Source: Octopus sinensis
Lineage: Eukaryota
DNA length: 64,000 bases
Assembly (NCBI RefSeq): GCF_006345805.1
Contig: NC_042999.1
Span: forward strand, 123,752,001-123,816,000
Reading direction: 5' to 3'
In this document: piece by piece, positions 47,747 to 61,510 of the stretch
How the letters are laid out: every line of letters starts with the position of its first letter
Numbering within the stretch: the stretch's first letter is position 1
Position numbers and translations under genes: made by a program
Notes under the pieces: generated by a model
What the model was told of the DNA's origin: nothing
The model's database searches: none
The model's input: only the letters and a program-made list of their open reading frames with translations

Positions 47747-50327
47747 GTATGAACATTTAGTTGTATAAACTTTAATGATTTTAAAATTCTCAAAGAATGA
47801 GTTCAAGCTTGACATGATAGCATAATAGATGAGAGAAAAGAAAAGTAGGCAACACTATATTTTGGATAAGAAGATCACTTTTAAATTCAATAAATGCTTT
47901 AAAAATAACTAGATATAATACAGAACTAGATCTCTCTTAATGGAAGCTTCAGCTTTGCAAAAAATACAAACAAGAATTAACATTGAAATTCTCCTTCTTG
48001 CTAATATAAGAATATCTGATGGCATTTATTAAGTTATCAGGCAGATTCTATTCAGTTTGTTGCAAATGCCATGTGAATAGAAACCTATTACAGAACATCT
48101 TTTTAAAATTCTCATCATTTAATGTTAAAAAGAACCCATAGTATTAGAAATGTTGTATAGAAATGTGACTTTAAAAGTTCTCAAGCCAAAATTACTTGAT
48201 CTTTCTGTTTTTTTGTATTTCAATCTTTTTTATCAGCTGATTCTTTTAACAGGTCACATATGTTTGATGAAAAAGACAGACTGAAAGTTCACTATCACAT
48301 GCCTGCATTTTGCATTTGCTTTAATTTATTGGTAAAAGTTCTAGAACTTGAATAATACCAGAATCTAGAACATTAACAATAAACAGGAAAAAATATTAAA
48401 TGAATAAAATTGTTTTAACTATAGATTCCTTTGTTTTTTGCCTTTTTTTCTTTGTCACAAACATACACAAAACTAATTTCAATGAGTGATAATGTTCTGA
48501 CGAGTCACACTTTATTTTAGACATTGCTATTAGATTTTCTTTTATTGTGACTTCTGAACAACTAAATAAAAAGGAAAACTGAAGAGAAATGCCACAATTG
48601 CAGTTTTATCCTCAGAACTGTCTTTATATCAGGTTTTAATCAAATTTCATCATTGATAAGCATAAGAATTTAAACTTGATATGTGTTATAGATTTAATGG
48701 ATCTTTCCTCTATTGTTAAAGATTTCTAAATAGAACCACAGCTTTTCCATTGTAGCTCGCTCAATGTTCACTCAATTTCCACCACCACCCCAGCAAACAA
48801 TACTTAGAGTCCTCATCCACAACAAGATAACACTGCATATCTTTTTTTATCCTTTAAATGTTTCATTCATGAGAGTACACCCATGCTGGAGCAACACCTT
48901 AAAAAATTTTGTTAAATGAATTCACCCCAGGACTTATTTTTTAAGTCTGGTACTGTTAAGTTACAGGGATGTAAACATACCAACATTGGTTGTCAAGCAG
49001 TACTGGGGGACAAATGCAGACATTAAGATACACACACACACACACACACAGATATACATATACAACAGGCTTCTTTCAGTTTCCATCAACCAAATCTGCT
49101 TGCAAGGCTTTGGTCGCTTCAAGGCTTTAGTAGAAGACCCACGATGCCACACAGTGGAACTGAAACTGGGATCATGTTGTTGAGAAGCAAACTTCTTACC
49201 ACACTACCATGCCTTTCCATCTTTTTAAATATTTCCTTAAATGGATGACTGAAAATTCATACTTTTATTTGAATCAATATTTTATCTCTTATAGATCTGA
49301 AGCTCTTCCTAAGGTAAACTACACACTCATGAAAATTATACTTTTGCAGTTTCAGCTGAGTTTAGCAAACCAAGTAGAATAATATTCATTGTATAATATC
49401 AGAATGCAAAATATCTCTGCTATAATTTAACACCTTTTCTAATGACATTTCAACATGTTGTTTGTTTTGTAGAAATAGTAAAAGGACTTTCAACTTTTTA
49501 ATATCTAATCTGGCCATATCCAGCCCAAATAATATCCCTGTTTTAGGTTAAAACTGAACAAATCCAGCTTCTCACACCTTCCCTACAATGTCATTCTAAA
49601 AATAAACAATCCCATCTTCAATATCTCAAAACTAAAAGATGATGCATGATTAATTCAAAACAATGTGAATAGATAATCATTACAGTTGATTGAGTAATAT
49701 GAATGCTAAATAGTTAAACCTTATTATTAAATATTGTTTAGCTTCAGCTCAGCCCTAATCAAGCATACCAAATTAATCAAATGCCTTCCACCAATGACCA
49801 TCCTATCCTTTTGTATATCTAGGACATCATTACCTAAATAGTCCTTTCTTTTTTTAAGAAGAACATGTCTGAAAGAAATTCTTTTGCTATTTCTATCAAG
49901 TTGAGTGATGTCATTAGTTCTCACTCTTATTTCTTTATTGCCCACGAGAGGTTAAACATAGAGGGGACAAACAAGGACAGACAAAGGTATTAAGTTGATT
50001 ACATCGACCCCAGTGTGTAACTGGTACTTAATTTATCGACCCCAAAAGGATGAAAGGCAAAGTCGACCTTGGCGGAATTTGAACTCAGAACACAGCGGCG
50101 GACAAAATACCACAAAGCATTTCGCAAAATTTAGCAAAAGACAAGTTAACCAACTGAAATTCTACATTATCATTATATTGCATTTAGATTAAAAATTTGA
50201 TTTTAATTTAAGTATTAATCCAATGATAGAAGCAGTCTTGATCAGAGTGATATTAAAATGGTAGTTTTGACTGCAACTTAGGCAAAGATTACATGTAAAT
50301 CCCAAACTTTTACATCAGTTATTCAAC

Positions 50328-50555
50328 TCATCATCATCCTTCAACCAACCTATGGTTGGTCGGAACCCCATTGAAAATCCCTTTCCACACTACATGGTCC
50401 TGCATTGCTGTATTCAGATCTCTAATATCCAGCTCTGAGTCCTGAGATATAGTATCTGGAAATGTCAGTTTCTTCGAGAAAAACACTTCCAGAGGGATGC
50501 TATAGGAGCAGGGATGTGATAACCTCTTTCTCTGCTTGATGACAGTGGCCAGCAA
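50328..50555 (-). mobile_element. Short 3' fragment of an RTE-like LINE with GAT tail
   Basis: Minus frame LTFPDTISQDSELDIRDLNTAMQDHVVWKGI, then (GAT)n. Confidence 0.55.
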
Positions 50556-50746
50556 ATTGTAGCCATTTCTGCTTTAGCTTGAGAGATATTTGTATCAGAT
50601 TTCCGTAGATGTTACTAAGTGTTGGGTTATTCAACTACATGAACCACTCTACAAAATTTGTGAAAATCTTTTTTTCCTAAATGTATTCTAACAAAACAAG
50701 TTTTGTATTTGAATTGACTTTATTACACATGATTTTCCCCCCTTAG

Positions 50747-53476
50747 CTGGGAATTTGACTATGGCATATACACCTCTCCAGTTTCGTGAAGGCTTAGCAA
50801 CAACAGAAGGGATAATGCAGAAATTTTGGTAGTTTTGACTGCAACTTAGGCAAAGGTTACATGTAAATCGTTACTACTCTATGTTCAATAAAATAAATTT
50901 TAATAGCATCACAACATAAGCAACTAACTTTGAACCAATGTGGGAGTATTTAAGCAGTCTCTTGACTTGCTTAAAACAGTAGCCAAATCATACCTTATCA
51001 TCTTGAAAAGTTGCAGTAAACATTATGTAAGGTAGTCAAACATTTACTAAAAAATGGGATGATATAGTTTGATTATAGGTCTGACCAATTAGATATGACC
51101 TTAGGTTAAACAACAACAGCAACACCACAAGTAACCCAATGCATTTTATATTGTATATGCTCTTGGAATTCAACTACTTTTCACAGTACAATGTAATGGA
51201 AATGAAAGTAGAGTAAACTTTGTAAGTCAGCTGGTCATTAATGATGATGGAAGGAGTTGACTCTTGAAACTTAATATATCTTTTTTTAACAGCTTCCACG
51301 TCTAGTGGGAGGGTGGGAAGAAGGAAAGAGGGTAATAGAAGCAAGGGAATTACCCTCAGATTGGAAACTTAGCTCAGATATTTGAAACAGTGTGAACTTC
51401 ATTAAAATTACCAAACAACCAGATAATAGTAGTGGTATTAAACCAGGTGATTGCTAACGTCTACCACCCAAGAACATGAATACTTCGTATGTTGGGTTTT
51501 AATACAGATCTGAGACTATGGAAGGAAATGTTAGAAAAAGGTACAATGCGCAGGATTGAACCTGTAATCATGCTGTTTGTGAAATGAACTTTGTAACTAC
51601 ATATCTATACATATATATACATCTTACTATTTCAATTAAAGTACTAGATATAAAGATTATCTTAATCCTGGCCCATGTAAAGCATTACTTTATTTCCCAT
51701 TTTATTGTCTAGAGCAAACGTGGTTATGAAAATTGCATTTACATTAAAATCACTTCAGAATAAATAGATCCATATCATATCTTTCTTTTTGAGTTCTTAA
51801 TAACTCTTGTTAGAAAGATGATAACATGATGATAACAAGACTTGCACTTAGAAGTGTTTTATAGAATATGAGTAGTTTGAAGAGAGAAATCAGCTTTAGA
51901 CTTGAAAGGGTTAATCACAAAGAATTTAACATCACTAAAAAGACTACAAATAAAATTAACATTTTAAATTTAAGATACTTTGACATTTCATTTCCATTTT
52001 CAATTTAAAATAGTATGACATTTTAAAACCACATCTTATGCCATTTCTTAGTTCAAACAGTATCAATTTAAGTAATCTTGAATGAGTATCTACCTCCTCA
52101 CCCCTTACAGATGACTTCCATCCTCAGCTTAATTTTGAATGGTTCTCAATTCATCTGTTCAAAATTCTGGCAATGTACTTTCTTTTTGTTTGCACTTTCT
52201 TTTTGGTGTCTTATTATGTTAAAGCACGGACTGACAAACAGAGTATTGTCTGGTAACAATATTTTTATTTGACATATCACCTTGCTAGTTCTTTTCTATG
52301 GAAACAGTCACCTGTTTCCATAAAAGAGAAGCTGCAATTCTAATTCTGAATTAACAAATATTTCTGAGTGAAACATTAGTAGAAAAATGAACACTTGAAT
52401 ATTAAGCCAACTCTAGTTTCCTCATGTTAATTAGTACAGTTGGTTTTTTTTTTTTGCTTTGTTTTTATACTTTTGGTATTTGTTTTCTCAAACTGGATCT
52501 ACCACCTGCCATTTTTTTGTATATATATTTGGTGCACAAAACTATTTTGTGCTAAACCGACACTTTTCATAATTAGTATTTTACACACAGTGTAAGAATA
52601 ATGTCAAACAGAATAAATGTATGCAGTGTAATCTGTTCAGGCATGGAAACAACAATTTAAATCAACAATGATTTCAAGCAATATGATGACTGAGCAGCAT
52701 AGTAATGGTATTAGTGTGCTTAAAAGTGAAACAGTTTCATAAAGTATACCATTTACCTTTATGATGTAAACGTAGTAAATGCAGGTGCATAGATAAACAT
52801 ACATTGCAAGGAATATGAAAGTAGATATTTTGCTAGGTTATATGCCTAATCATACTTGTCACTCAAAAGTTGAAATCAATTAATTTGTAATCAAGTTGCT
52901 GCAGTCAACACTATTCCAGTGATTTGAGATTTCCATATCTGCGCAAATTAATTACTGCCAAGTGTTCACTTATACCACTTCCAAAGGGGTTTTTACCAGA
53001 TGTTTTATCAACTCATCCATAACAACGGTCAGTTGCCAATGTATCATACGTTTCACTTATTATTATTGCAACATTGCACTTCAGTCATACCTGTTACACA
53101 ATTAACAATCCATTTGCTGATTAAATGCAAACTGATAAGACATTAGGGTGCAAGCATATTAATTTCAGCATTATAATCAATAGATAAATCTCGACCATAT
53201 TGTGTTCCATTTGGACACACCCATACCCACATGCACAAGCACACACACATATGAATACATATACCTGTGTGAGTGTGTGTGTATGTATGTGTGAGTATGT
53301 ATGTGTGTATTTTTCTGAATGTAGAATGTTGAGCCTTTGTGTATGTATATGCATATACATACATACATACCTATATTTATGTGTACATATATGTTTATCT
53401 ATGTATTTAGTATATATGCACCCAAACACACACATATATATGTATGCATGCATGTATGTATATACATACATACATG

Positions 53477-53537
<61 letters not shown>

Positions 53538-53565
53538 ATATATAATTATATCTGTGTTAAACTCC

Positions 53566-53605
<40 letters not shown>

Positions 53606-53848
53606 TTTCACTACCAGCGGCCTAGCATGTATAAAAATTCAATAGACAACATATTCTCAATATAAAATAGTGTACATTTAAGCACAATAAAAATTACCTT
53701 TAACTGGTAATTTTACACACTAGAAGAAGCAGTCAAAATTCTTAAATTGCTCTTAAATGTGGTTTTGGTCGTTTTGACTGCTTCTTCTAGCATGTAAAAT
53801 TACCTGTTAAAGGTAATTTCTCTTGTGTTTAAATGTACACTATTTTAT

Positions 53849-53880
<32 letters not shown>

Positions 53881-56800
53881 ATATATATATATATATAATA
53901 TATATATATATAATTTCAACAATTGAGGGCAAAATTAATTAATTATTAATCAATTTCACCAAGTGTTCAGTATGCAAAGGGACCATTCAAGTGGGCAGGT
54001 CTTCTTAAGTACCATCAGTGGAAATGCTCTTCTTTCAAACTCCTTAACCTCTCCATGATGTCTTACATAACAACTGTTCTCTTTCTCACCTTACCTCCCA
54101 AGCTCATGCTGTGTAACCCTCTTTTCCCCATGACTAGGAGCGTAGCACCATCCATACATCAAGGATAGTTCCCATCATCAACTCAGATGACATTTTAAGT
54201 CTGAAGTTTCATAATTCTTCTTACATACCACTTGTTTGTCCCATTTCACTTCAGTCATAGCCTAAATGTTGTCCCCTTTATTATCAATTTCAACAGTTTT
54301 AGACTCAACCAAAACCTTCTTCAGATGACTTCTTCTGCTATCATGGCTGTTTTGTCTACCAAAATGTCATCTATGTAAAATTCTGTGGGCCCTTTCCCTC
54401 TGTTCATTTTTTCCCTGTATATTACTGATAATTGTTGCCCTGATCTTTGATAGGGAGCACAGTTTAAACTCCAGTCCAGACAAACAGTATATCTTACCCT
54501 TATAATTCCCAATTTCTTAGCAACTTGAAAGTGTAGGCTGGTTGATTTCAAGTTATCATGTTTAGAAGCTCCTGTCATTTGTCTCCATTCTTGCAAGGTC
54601 TCCCTACATATATCTGTAGCCTTAAAGTCTGTGTAACATGTCAACTAGTCAACTTCCTAACATTTATTTTTTGTTGATCAAACTAATACATCATCATTAT
54701 CATCATTCACATTTAATGTCTGTTTTCCATGCTGTCATGGGTTGGATGGTTTCACAGGAACTGGCAAAGTCAGGGGCTGCACCAGATTTCATAGTCTGTT
54801 TTGGCTGAATTACATGGCAGGATGGTCTTGCTAACACCAACCACTCTACAGAGTGTACTTGGTAAATTTTTCATGACACCATCACCAGTGCTTTTTACAT
54901 GGCACTAGCACCCACACCAATTCCTTTTATGTGGCACCTTGGTTTTAAGATCTCAATTCTGTTGTAGTGGACAGGTCTTATCAAGTACCATCAGTGGAAA
55001 TACTTTACTTTCAAACACCTGTTCACAAAGCTTTAGAATACTTCACCATTTTTTATCTATCTCTCCATGTCCCTCTTGAATCTAAATATCACCACAACCC
55101 TATTTTCAAAGAACATTCATGACAGCTCACCTTATTCAACACTGAGATGATTTGACTGTCTATTAGTTGCTATCAAACTCCACACAAAAATTCCTTTTCC
55201 AGAGCCCTCTTCAACAATTCTAGTTATCCTCTATGAGGCTGTGCACTCACAACAATTTTTTTGTGCCCCTTCAAATTCTACTCAATCCTTATTGAACAAA
55301 ACTCCACCATCAGTCAGCCAATCATATCCATGCCTATCAACAATGTAATTTTTTATGATTATCTTGACCAGGCCTGGCCAACTCGAATTACATCATAGGC
55401 CACTTTAATCACAGAAGGCTTTTTGAGGGCCACTTGTATACTTTATGCACTAATAGTCAAATAATCACTGCTAACAGAATTGAAAGCATTTTGCTTTCTC
55501 ATGGTATTATTACAGTAATAAATGAATGATCATTGATTCAACATGAAATGTTATCGTTGCAAAAACTGTAGTATCTTTCTTTTTTACTTTTCATTACAAG
55601 CTTTAATTTTTGATAAAATTTTTTAAATGATTGTTTAAATAAACCCATTTCAAGAAAGTATCAAGCGAGCCACATGATAAAAGTCTGCAGGCTGCATGTG
55701 ACCCATGGACCTCAGGTTGCCCAGCCCTGATCTTGACTGTCAATCACATTCTACAAACCATCATCCCTACAGTGCCAGTTCCCTCCACATGCTTCCTTTG
55801 ACTCCCATCCAAATTATCTACCTGCCTAATAATTATTTGAATAATCTACATCAGTGCAAGCTCTGATCCTTTCCTATTACCAGGACTTCCAGAATAGGCA
55901 GTGAATGTAAGAACACTTCTGTTTTGTTGCTACCAGTGTAGGAGAATGCCCTTCTTTTACATCATTCCCCTAACTTCAAAAGCTTGCTATACAATCAGTC
56001 CTGTCACATAAGTAGCAACTCAGTTCTGGCCTAAGCTGCTTATAGTCCATGACCATATGTTACACTTGATACTTAAAGTGCACTGCCTCCTGAATAATCA
56101 CACCTGCTCTCTTCCACTTTTTACTCACTCACTACTCAAAGCTTGCCATCTCATTACAATTACTACTGTAGCAAAGGATCTTGTTTCATTCACCATAAAT
56201 ACCCTAGCCAGAGACATTAAATCTGTCACTGTGATGGCCTCTATGTCTGAAATTTGATCAAAATAGACTGTCACAAACTCTAGTTAAATTATTCTTTCTA
56301 AATATTTTCTGGTAAACTCAGCCTGCTTTCTAATCTCATTTAGCAAACACATCCACCAGTCTCCCAGCTCATTTAACTCTTTCTAGCTTGTTATAGGCCA
56401 CACACAAATAATCCACATTGTAAAAGCCCCTTTCAAACTGATTTCTCTTCATTCTGGTCTTAATTACTCATCACCAAGTTCAAATCTGGCATGTCTCCTT
56501 TTAAATACAGGGGCATAAAACTCCCTACATCTTGCACTCTCTACATTTTCGTAGACAGTCTTACTTTCTTCATCCACTGAACCACACTTCTCTCAACATT
56601 AAACACCATTATCATTTTGCTACTAATCATATATATACACACACATACATGCAAGCATAAACATTAATGTTTGTTTTTATGTTCAGTTATAATAAAAACA
56701 ATTTTACTTTGATCTGATGGGTTACTCTATACTTTAGTAAAATACAAATTTAATTATTGTTATACAAGGATGTTGTTGTCTGTGACTTCAAAGTTCCAGT

Positions 56801-59723
56801 TAGATAAGCCATCATCAAAATGCAGTCTGATGATGGCTTAGCTGGCTGAAACTTTGAATTCACAGTCAACAACATTCTTGTATAATATTGATAAATACAC
56901 ACAAACACACATACATGCACACACACACTTATGTATGTATACACATATATATACACCCACATGCACATATATATATTTCAAATTTGGACTTATGTAGCAA
57001 ATGACTTGGTTAAAAGCAGTTTCTTGAAACTAATGCAATTACATCATGATTGAGAAATTTTAGTAATTTAAAACTGCTCAAAGACTCTTAAACTCAATTA
57101 TAATTCATTTCATGCAGTGTCAAAATTTTCAATCCCATTTATTGAAACCTGGCTGGCACGGACACAGTCTTATGAGGTGGTATCAAAAAGTCCCCAGACT
57201 AGTTATGTTTAATAATAAAATAAATTATTTACTTAAGTTTTAACATCATCTCCTTTGAAATAGACACCTTGCAAAGCAATACACCAGTCCCAGCATTCCT
57301 GCCACTTTTAGAATCCAGCTTGAAAGTCATTTTCCATAAGCAGGTCAAGAATCTTCTGGGATTTGCTTTGGATCCAGACAATGGTGTTAAAACAGTGACC
57401 TTTGAGCTGCATTTTCATCTTGGGAAAGAGATGAAAGTCTGCAGGTGCTAAATCTGGCAAAGAGGGTAGGTGTTGATTTTGGCAAAAAACTCTTGAGTGA
57501 AGAGAGCTTGGTGTCAGGGAGCATTGTCATCATGAAGAATCGAATTCTTCATGCTCCATAGATTTAGTAACTTATGCTGAATATCCTCTCTCAAATGTTT
57601 CAAAATGTCACAGTAGAACTCTCATGGATGATGGCTCACTTGCATTTAATGATGCTGCAAATAGAGAGACTTGGAGACACTGCTCTGAAAGGTTGCTAAA
57701 CGAAGAGAATGAATGGGAGAAAGGGAGTCTGCCAAATGTCAACCCAACAGAGGGACCAGATGTTCGAATTGACAGTACTTTGGTAGATAAAACAATTAAG
57801 GGTATGAAGACAAGGAAAGCCCCCAGCTCATCAGAAATCACTGCTAAGATGCTTAAAATATCCCGTGGTGTAGGCTATAGTCTAGTCTAGTCACCCATAT
57901 AGTCAACCAGGTGATACATGAAGGAGTCATACCCAATGACTGGTGTAGCAGCACCATAGTCAACTGCTACAAATGTAAAAGTGATGCATTAGATAAGAAT
58001 AATTACAGAAGTATCAAATTGTTGGATCAGGTGAAGAAAGTCACGGGGAGGGTCATAGCCCAACTAATTAGGGAGAGAGTTAGTTTAGACATGATGCAGT
58101 TTGGGTTTGTGCCAGGGAGAAACACTGCTGATGCTATATTTCTGGTAGACAACTGCAGGAGAAATACCTAGCCAAAGATAAACCTCTGTATTTCGTTTTT
58201 GTTGACATGGAGAAAACCTTTGATAGGGTCCTCTGATCCCTTTTCTGGTGGTCAATGCAGAAACTAGGGATAGATGAGCTGTACAAGCCATGTACAGGGA
58301 GACTGTCAGTAAGGTGAGAGTTTGCAATGAGTATAGTGCAGAATTCCAGGTAGAAGTAGAGGTTCACCAGGGATCAGTTCTCAGCCCTTTCATCATAAGT
58401 TCTCCAGGGAATAACAGAGGAATTCAAAACAGGCTTCTCCTGGGAGGTCCTCTATGCTGATGACTTGGATCTAATAGCTGAGTCTGCTACCAGAACTAGA
58501 GAAAAAGTTTCAGGTGTGGAAGCAAGTTCTAGAATTGAAGGGCCTTAGAGTCAATCTAGCAAAAACCAAAGTCTTAGTAAGTAGGAAGGCAGACAAATCA
58601 CAGATCCCTTCAGGCAGATGGCCCTGCTCGATCTGTAGAAAAGGCATAGATAGAAACTCCAGAAGATGTACCCGGTGTAAGCTATGGACACATAAGAGGT
58701 GCAGCATTATCAAAGGAAGTGTAAATTGGGAAGACAGTTTTTGTGTGTGGCAGATGCAAAAGGAACAATAAACACCAAAAATGTACAGAAAACAGATTCC
58801 ATCACATGCCATGGGGAAAAACTAGAAGTAGTTGATAGCTTCCATTATCTAGGAGACCAAGTCAGTAGCATCGGTGGATGTTCTTAGAGTATAGCCACTA
58901 GAATAAGAATAGCCTTGTCAAAGTTCAAAGAGCTCCTATCTCTGCTGTTAACAAAGGGCCTCTCGTTCAGAGTGAAAGGTAAACTGTATGATGCATGTGT
59001 GAACAGCCATGCTACACAGCAGTGAAACATGGGCTGCAACTACTGAGGACATGCATAGACTTGAAGGATATGAAGCTAGTATGCTCTGCTGAATGTGTAG
59101 TGTCAGTGTGCATACACGACAGAGTGTAAGCACTCTGAAAGAAAAGTTGGACATAAGAAGCATCAGATATGGTGTGCAAGAGAGACGACTGTGCTGGTAT
59201 GGTCATGTGTTGTTATGGATGAGGTAGACCCAAGAAAACATGGTATGAAGTGGTGAAGTGATGAAGTACCCTTTAATTATCAGGAAATATGTTGTGCTTG
59301 AGGAGACCTGTTGAGTCAAGTGAAATCGTAGTCGTGGCCGATGCCAGTGCTGCTTGAGTAGCACCTATGCCAGCAGCATGTAGAAAGCTCCATTTGAGTA
59401 CCATTTGAGTGTAGCACCGTTCGAGTGTGATTGATGCCAGTGCTGTCTGACTGGCTCCTATGCCAGTGGCACATAAAAAGCATCATTCAAGCATAGTCGA
59501 TGCCAGTGCTGCCTGACTGGCCCCATGCTGGTGGCATGTAAAAAGCACCCACTAGGCACGTGGAGTGGTTGGTGTTAGGAAGAGCATCCAGCTGTAGAAA
59601 CCTTACCAGATCAGATTGGAGCCTGGTGCAGCCTCCTGGCTCGCCAATCTTCAGTCAAACTGTCCAAATCATGCCAGCATGAAAGTGGACATAAAACAAT
59701 TATGATAATGATGATGATGATGA

Positions 59724-59764
<41 letters not shown>

Positions 59765-60040
59765 TATATTCAAATTTAAAATTAAAGCAGCACTAGTGTA
59801 ATAAACATTATCAACCACACATACTTAACATATATACCTTGTGTATTTGCTGGTAGGTTGCAACTTGGCACAGTGCAGATTACTCTCTCAAAGTGTTTGG
59901 TGTTAAAACACCTGACAGTCATGGACAGTGGGGACAACCTACTCCAAATTCCATTCAGAAGTGATGAACATTGATGTTTCACCATTTTTGCAGCTTATCA
60001 ACATCACGTACCTGAATTGAATCGGCAGTTAATAATACCG
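50747..60040 (+). CDS. Four joined candidate host exons: 50747-50828, 51391-51446, 51508-51540, 59994-60040
   Basis: GT-AG sites with matching phases (1-2, 2-1, 1-1, 1-0). Peptide GNLTMAYTPLQFREGLATTEGIMQKFCVNFIKITKQPDNSSGIKPDLRLWKEMLEKAYQHHVPELNRQLIIP. Confidence 0.55.
53661..53849. repeat. 189-bp fold-back palindrome between (TA)n tracts
   Basis: About 78-bp arms (TATAAAATAGTGTACATTT...CTAGAAGAAGCAGTCAAAA / TTTTGACTGCTTCTTCTAG...AAATGTACACTATTTTATA) with a 33-nt loop. Confidence 0.92.
54000..56600 (-). mobile_element. Heavily degraded LINE (RTE-like) fragments with a nested RTE tail
   Basis: Scattered APE-like peptide pieces on the minus strand (e.g. KIVVSAQPHRG). No intact ORF. Confidence 0.4.
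57171..57620 (-). mobile_element. Mariner relic (3' half), interrupted by the RTE at 57622
   Basis: Minus frame HDNAP, PDLAPADFHLFPKMK..LKGHCF..IQ.K, FQ..F.KWQECW..CI..QG.YFKGD. TA plus TIR at 57171. Confidence 0.75.
57622..59727 (+). mobile_element. Second RTE-clade LINE, 5'-truncated and degraded
   Basis: Collinear with the 29.9-33.2 kb RTE from MDDGSLAFN onward. RT motifs, PHD-like finger, 3'UTR, (GAT)n tail at ~59703-59727. Confidence 0.9.
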
Positions 60041-61147
60041 GTGTATGCAATGTTGACATAAACACATACACACACATACATAGGCATGCATAAACTCACT
60101 CATACATTATATATATATATAACATGAAAAGGGACTTGAAGATCTAAGTTGTGATGTCAATTTGCAGTTTAATTGGTAAACATTTGACCAGCTACTATCA
60201 CTCCCTCCTCAGCACAGGTCTACATCCACAACCCTAAAGGGTTTTCCTATGGTACATGAGTGATTTTCAGCTATTAATGGGCTCAACTGATATGTTGCAT
60301 CAAGTGATTGCTACCTTTGTTGAAGAGTTGATGGAAACACCATAAAATCATATTTAATGAACTATCAACTATTATCAAGCAGGCATATGATCAAAGGCAC
60401 TCCAGCAGTAATTACCCTCCTTTTAAGATAGAATTTACCTTGGATTACATAATTTAACATGTCCTTTATCTTTTTAGCATAATGTCATTTAGGAGTTTAT
60501 TTGACTACTATTTCTAGCGGATAAATTAGTTCAATTAATTTCTTCAAAAACAAATTATTTTTATTTGTATAAGTGGCAGACAGCTGAGAATTCATTGTGT
60601 CCATGAAACACTTAGGTTTCAATGGTTTTACTTGCATAAAATTGTAAATAAACAGGTCTGTTACTGGTTAGATTCGATATGATAAAGATATACATATATA
60701 TGATATGCTCCACTGGTTGTGCAATATCAGTGTGCATGTGTGAGAGAATATTTGTGTATTGAGAGGGAAGATGTGCATAAGAAGAATTAGATGAAGTGTA
60801 CAAGAAAGGAAACTGCATTGGTTTGGTCATGTGATGTGGATGGATGAGGACAATTGCATAAAGAAGTGGGTGGAAGTGTGGAAGAGGGAGACCCCGGAAG
60901 ACATTGGATGAAGTATTGAAGGCTGATCTCGAAATGCTGAACCTTACAAAGGAAATGACAGAGGACTGAGATATGTAGCCAGTATACTCAGTAAAGTGGT
61001 TGGTGCTGAGAAAGGTATCCAGCTGGAGAAACTTAGCCAAAACAGATTACGGAACTTGGTGCCAGTTTCTTTCAAGCTGTTCAACCCATGCCAGCATGAA
61101 AAATGCACATTAAACATTGATAACGAATATGATGGTGATCTATATAT

Positions 61148-61510
61148 TATTATTACCTCCACCTTAGCGAAAGTGGAGGTATTGTTTTCAGTCGTGTTTG
61201 TTTATTTGTTTTTCTGTGGACAAGATATCTCAAGGACTGCTGGATGGATTCAGATGAAACTTTCAGGGATGTTTAGCCTTGTGATTGGCACAAACTGATT
61301 AGATTTTATGATCGATCCAGTACTGGACAAGGATTCTGGATTACTTTTCTGTTTTTTTTTACTTAATTTTTGAAAGTGTTTGGGTTCATTATTAGTATTC
61401 TCATTCATGAGAGCAGTTGAGCTTATTTCAAATATTCTCATTTTAAAAACCATCTCCAACTAATCGTTGAGAGGATGTTGGTGTTGCCTTGGTGGAGGTT
61501 TGCGATCTTG
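61148..61510 (+). mobile_element. Non-autonomous Helitron/Helentron-associated (HINE-like) element
   Basis: Starts TTATTACCTCCACC..GTGGAGGT hairpin plus a GTTT-rich tract, ends CCTTGGTGGAGGTTTGCG. Layout resembles HINE/DINE-like repeats (recalled). Confidence 0.45.

Noticed and set aside
42451-49314. Additional microexons at 42451-42470, 43306-43333, 48616-48632 and 49296-49314
   Set aside because: They can be chained in phase, but each has alternative sites or frames and is short enough to arise by chance.
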